Virus record (IMG/VR): IMGVR_UViG_3300014968_000002
Coordinates: 673 to 64,672 of that record
DNA length: 64,000 bases
Origin: a virus
Taxonomy: Duplodnaviria > Caudoviricetes
Strand: one strand, 5' to 3'
Shown: one piece after another, positions 61,194 to 64,000 of the stretch
Position numbering within the stretch: the first letter of the stretch is position 1
How the letters are laid out: the number at the start of each line of letters is the position of its first letter
Notes under the pieces: model-generated
Told to the model about the DNA's origin: nothing
Databases searched by the model: none
Seen by the model: the letters and a program-made list of their open reading frames with translations, nothing else
Position numbers and translations under genes: made by a program

Positions 61194-63164
61194 ATGAAAG
61201 CGCCTGAGGTAATAACAGTTGACTTCGAGACGAAGCCCATCGAGCAAAGGCCGAAGTATCCGCCCGAGCCGGTTGGCGTCGCCATCAAGGAACCAGGCAA
61301 GAAGCCTCTTTATCTTGCATGGGGCCACAAGATAGCCAACACTTGCGCAAAGGAGGACGCAAGGCGCGCATTGCTGAAGATCTGGAAGGATCCTCGGCCT
61401 AAGCTTTTCTGGAATGCAAAATTCGACTGCGACGTCGGCGAGGTGCATCTGGGCCTGCCGCGTCTTTCATGGCAGAAGATCCACGACGGCATGTTCCTGT
61501 CTTTCCTCTGCGACCCTGATCGCTGGTCGCAAGAGTTGAAAATGGTGGCAAAAGACCTGCTCGGCATTGAAGCCGTCGAGCGCGACGCGCTGAAGGAATG
61601 GATCTTCGCCAATATACAAGGGGCCAAGCAGCGCAAGAGCGAATGGGGCAAGTATATTTGGGAAGCGCCTGCATCGCTCGTGGCCAAGTACGCTGGGCAA
61701 GGCGATGCCGAGATGACTGCGCGCCTGTTTGCCAAGCTCTATCATGATGCAACTTCGCGCGGCATGTCGGAGGCCTATGACCGCGAGCGCCGCGTGATGT
61801 TCCCGCTTCTCGATGCAGAGGGCCGCGGGCTGCGCGTCGACGAGCGCAGGCTTGAGAAGGAGACGCCGTTCTATGAGCGGCTGCTCCAGGAGATAGACGA
61901 CAAGCTGCGCAAAATCCTCAAAGCGCCGCAACTGGACCTTGACAAGCGCGGGACACAACTGGCCGACGCGCTCGACAAGGCAGGCGTGATGGAGTCGTGG
62001 CAGATTTCCGAGAAGGGCAACCGCCTGACCAACAAGAAGGCGCTGATGGCAGGCCTGTCGGATCAGCGCATCATGGGCTTGCTGTTCTATCGCAGCGCTC
62101 TTGCAACATCGATCAGGACCTTTATGCTGCCGTGGCGGCTAGTCGCCCGCGAGTCAGGCGGAATGATCTTCACCAAGTGGAATCAAGTGCGGCAGGAATC
62201 AGGCGGCGACCCGACAGGCGCTCGCACCGGCCGGCTGTCATCATCGCCCAACTTCCAGAATATTCCCATCTATACGCGCTCGACGCTGATCCTGCCCAAG
62301 CTGTATGAGACCGGCATCAATCCGGTGTCTGCCCGCTTGCTGAAGGAATTTCCGTGGGCAGGGCAAGGCAAGCACTCATTCGAAATACCAGGCAAGGGCA
62401 AGGTGACAATCAACAATGTCTGCCCGCTGCCCATGATGAAGGGCATGGTCCTGCCATACCAGAAAGACCATGAGCTGATCGAGCGCGACTATTCGCAGCA
62501 GGAGTTCCGCATCCTGGCGCACTATGAGGATGGGCCGCTGCTGGAGAAGTACCAAGAGAATCCGCGCATCGACGTGCATGATGCAGCCCGCGACCTTATC
62601 TCCAGCATGACAGGCATGGTGCTCGACCGCCGGCCGGTTAAGGACGTTGGATTTTCGCTGATCTACGGAATGGGCCTGGCAGAGTTGGCACGCAAGACCG
62701 AGCAATCGATCGAGGTGGCCACTGCTCTGAAGAAGTCCTACCTCGCTGCCATGCCTGGTCTTGGCCACTTGCTCAAAGCGCTGAAGCTGCGCGCCGCAGA
62801 GCGCAAGCCGATCACCACGTGGGGCGGACGCCAGTACTTCTGCGAGAAGCCACGCATCATCAAAGGCCGCTTGCGTACCTTCGAGTACAAGCTTATCAAT
62901 CGCCTGGTGCAAGGCAGCGCGGCCGACTGCACAAAGGAATCAATTGCGCGTTACCACGAGCTACCGGAATCAAAGCGCTATGGCGGCCTGTTCCTGATGA
63001 CGGTGCACGACTCAAACGTCAACAGCGCGCCAAAGAAGCAATGGAGGCTTGCGGATGCAGCGCTGAAGAAAGTCATGGAGGAAATCGAGTTTGCCGTGCC
63101 GATGCTCACCGACGGCAAGCATGGATCCAAGTCCCTCGGTGAGCTTGTCGATACGGAGGACTGA
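61194..63164 (+). CDS. Family A DNA polymerase with 3'-5' exonuclease
   Basis: VDFET, WNAKFD; TGRLSSSPNFQNIP; motif A DYSQQEFRILAH; motif B RRPVKDVGFSLIYG; VQGSAAD; motif C TVHDS. Confidence 0.95.
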   Translation: MKAPEVITVDFETKPIEQRPKYPPEPVGVAIKEPGKKPLYLAWGHKIANTCAKEDARRALLKIWKDPRPKLFWNAKFDCDVGEVHLGLPRLSWQKIHDGMFLSFLCDPDRWSQELKMVAKDLLGIEAVERDALKEWIFANIQGAKQRKSEWGKYIWEAPASLVAKYAGQGDAEMTARLFAKLYHDATSRGMSEAYDRERRVMFPLLDAEGRGLRVDERRLEKETPFYERLLQEIDDKLRKILKAPQLDLDKRGTQLADALDKAGVMESWQISEKGNRLTNKKALMAGLSDQRIMGLLFYRSALATSIRTFMLPWRLVARESGGMIFTKWNQVRQESGGDPTGARTGRLSSSPNFQNIPIYTRSTLILPKLYETGINPVSARLLKEFPWAGQGKHSFEIPGKGKVTINNVCPLPMMKGMVLPYQKDHELIERDYSQQEFRILAHYEDGPLLEKYQENPRIDVHDAARDLISSMTGMVLDRRPVKDVGFSLIYGMGLAELARKTEQSIEVATALKKSYLAAMPGLGHLLKALKLRAAERKPITTWGGRQYFCEKPRIIKGRLRTFEYKLINRLVQGSAADCTKESIARYHELPESKRYGGLFLMTVHDSNVNSAPKKQWRLADAALKKVMEEIEFAVPMLTDGKHGSKSLGELVDTED

Positions 63165-63165
63165 G

Positions 63166-63378
63166 ATGATACGCTGCTTCTGCGATGCCTGCGGCAACGA
63201 ACTCACTGACAAGAACCGCCCGGGCGGTGCGCTAGGCCGCCTTACCAATCAAGTGGGAAAGAAAGCCGGCATGTACGTCGAGGTCATGACGGGAAAGGAT
63301 GGCGTCAGCAATGCCGGCAACTGGTGCAAGTATTGCATCATAGACGAAATCAACAAGCTGGACGACAGGGTCAAATGA
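63166..63378 (+). CDS. Small Zn-finger-like protein
   Basis: CFCDACG...WCKYC; GGAGG SD. Confidence 0.65.
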   Translation: MIRCFCDACGNELTDKNRPGGALGRLTNQVGKKAGMYVEVMTGKDGVSNAGNWCKYCIIDEINKLDDRVK

Positions 63379-63710
63379 GAAACCAAAGGGAGGTCATCGT
63401 GTGGTTGATTACCGGGCAACTGCAGAGCTGGGGAGGCGGCGCGCCATGCTGGTCGGTCGAAGCGCACTATACAAAGGACGCTGCCGAGCGGCGCTGCAAG
63501 GCGCTGGATGAAGCTGCGCGCTCTCTTCCAGGCAGCGCTGACCATCAGGCCTTTATTGCCGGCAGGATCACCTTCGAGGAGCTACAGCGCCGCATGCGCG
63601 AGTACGGAATCAAAGTCGGCGACAGGCAGATAAAGCCTAACGCCATTTACCAATGCGAGGAGGTGCTTCTTCGCAAACCAGAGGGAGAAGAAAGTGCCGA
63701 CCAAGCCTAA
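63375..63710 (+). CDS. Hypothetical protein
   Basis: ATGA overlap. Confidence 0.6.
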   Translation: MRNQREVIVWLITGQLQSWGGGAPCWSVEAHYTKDAAERRCKALDEAARSLPGSADHQAFIAGRITFEELQRRMREYGIKVGDRQIKPNAIYQCEEVLLRKPEGEESADQA

Positions 63711-64000
63711 GGTAACAGTAGAAAAAGGAAAGCCGCTCGTATCATCATGGTCCTGGAGCCGGTACCAGATTTACTGCGAGTGCCCATGCGCATTCAAGTT
63801 CCAGTTCATTGAGCGGAAGGAGAAGCCTGCCGGCCCTGCCATGGCTCGCGGCCGCGAGGTGCACAAGACGGCCGATGCCTACGTGCGCGCTCCTGCCACC
63901 GGCAAAGGCGCAGTGCCCAAGAAAATTCCTGATGTGCTGAAGAACTTCACGGAGGAATTCAAGATGCTGCGCAAGGTGAAGGCCATCACCGAGGATGACG
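63694..64000 (+). CDS. PD-(D/E)XK Cas4/RecB-like exonuclease, 3' truncated
   Basis: Hand-translated from GTG 63694: SWSWSRYQIYCECP..FKF...AMARG.EVHK. Confidence 0.8.
   Translation, partial: MPTKPKVTVEKGKPLVSSWSWSRYQIYCECPCAFKFQFIERKEKPAGPAMARGREVHKTADAYVRAPATGKGAVPKKIPDVLKNFTEEFKMLRKVKAITEDD

Noticed and set aside
61194-63164. DNA polymerase as DpoZ (2-aminoadenine system)
   Set aside because: No PurZ, DatZ or other Z-genome gene recognised in the window
63694-64000. Cas4-like gene as evidence of CRISPR
   Set aside because: Ordinary phage PD-(D/E)XK exonuclease context next to DNA polymerase; no repeat-spacer array in the window
1-64000. Prophage or temperate lifestyle
   Set aside because: No integrase, att site, CI/Cro pair, ParA or host flanking genes seen; unseen remainder of the genome cannot be excluded

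Overview
This window is most of a lytic-looking, GC-rich tailed dsDNA phage genome with siphovirus morphology; no integrase, repressor, tRNA or CRISPR array was seen. The host is probably a Gram-negative proteobacterium (inference). The layout has three blocks. (i) A rightward block at 1-17.6 kb holds an exoribonuclease, VRR-NUC, SNF2 helicase, small early genes, a nucleotide-metabolism cluster and a three-gene sugar/glycosylation cassette. (ii) A leftward late block at 17.7-51.3 kb holds lysis, tail, head and terminase genes. (iii) An AT-rich repeat-containing divergent intergenic region at 51.3-51.8 kb is followed by a rightward early/replication block (sigma70 region-4 protein, primase-helicase, SSB-like protein, family A DNA polymerase, truncated Cas4/RecB-like exonuclease). 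Replication genes at both edges suggest a circularly permuted genome not much larger than the window. The most striking candidate system is a phage-encoded HMW1C/NGT-type (GT41) protein N-glycosyltransferase, co-transcribed with a VioA/DegT-type aminotransferase and a VioB/PglD-type acetyltransferase. Asn-X-Ser/Thr sequons cluster in apparent insertion or surface domains of the major capsid, tail tube and tail-tip proteins, pointing to N-glycosylation of the virion with an amino sugar. Other leads are a ThyA homologue with Asp at the dUMP-specifying Asn position, a head-module InPase + ADP-ribosyltransferase polyvalent protein, three tandem Gly-rich fibre paralogues inside the head module, and a palindromic CCAATTGG motif in three promoter regions. 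All family calls come from motif recognition by eye; no database search was run.
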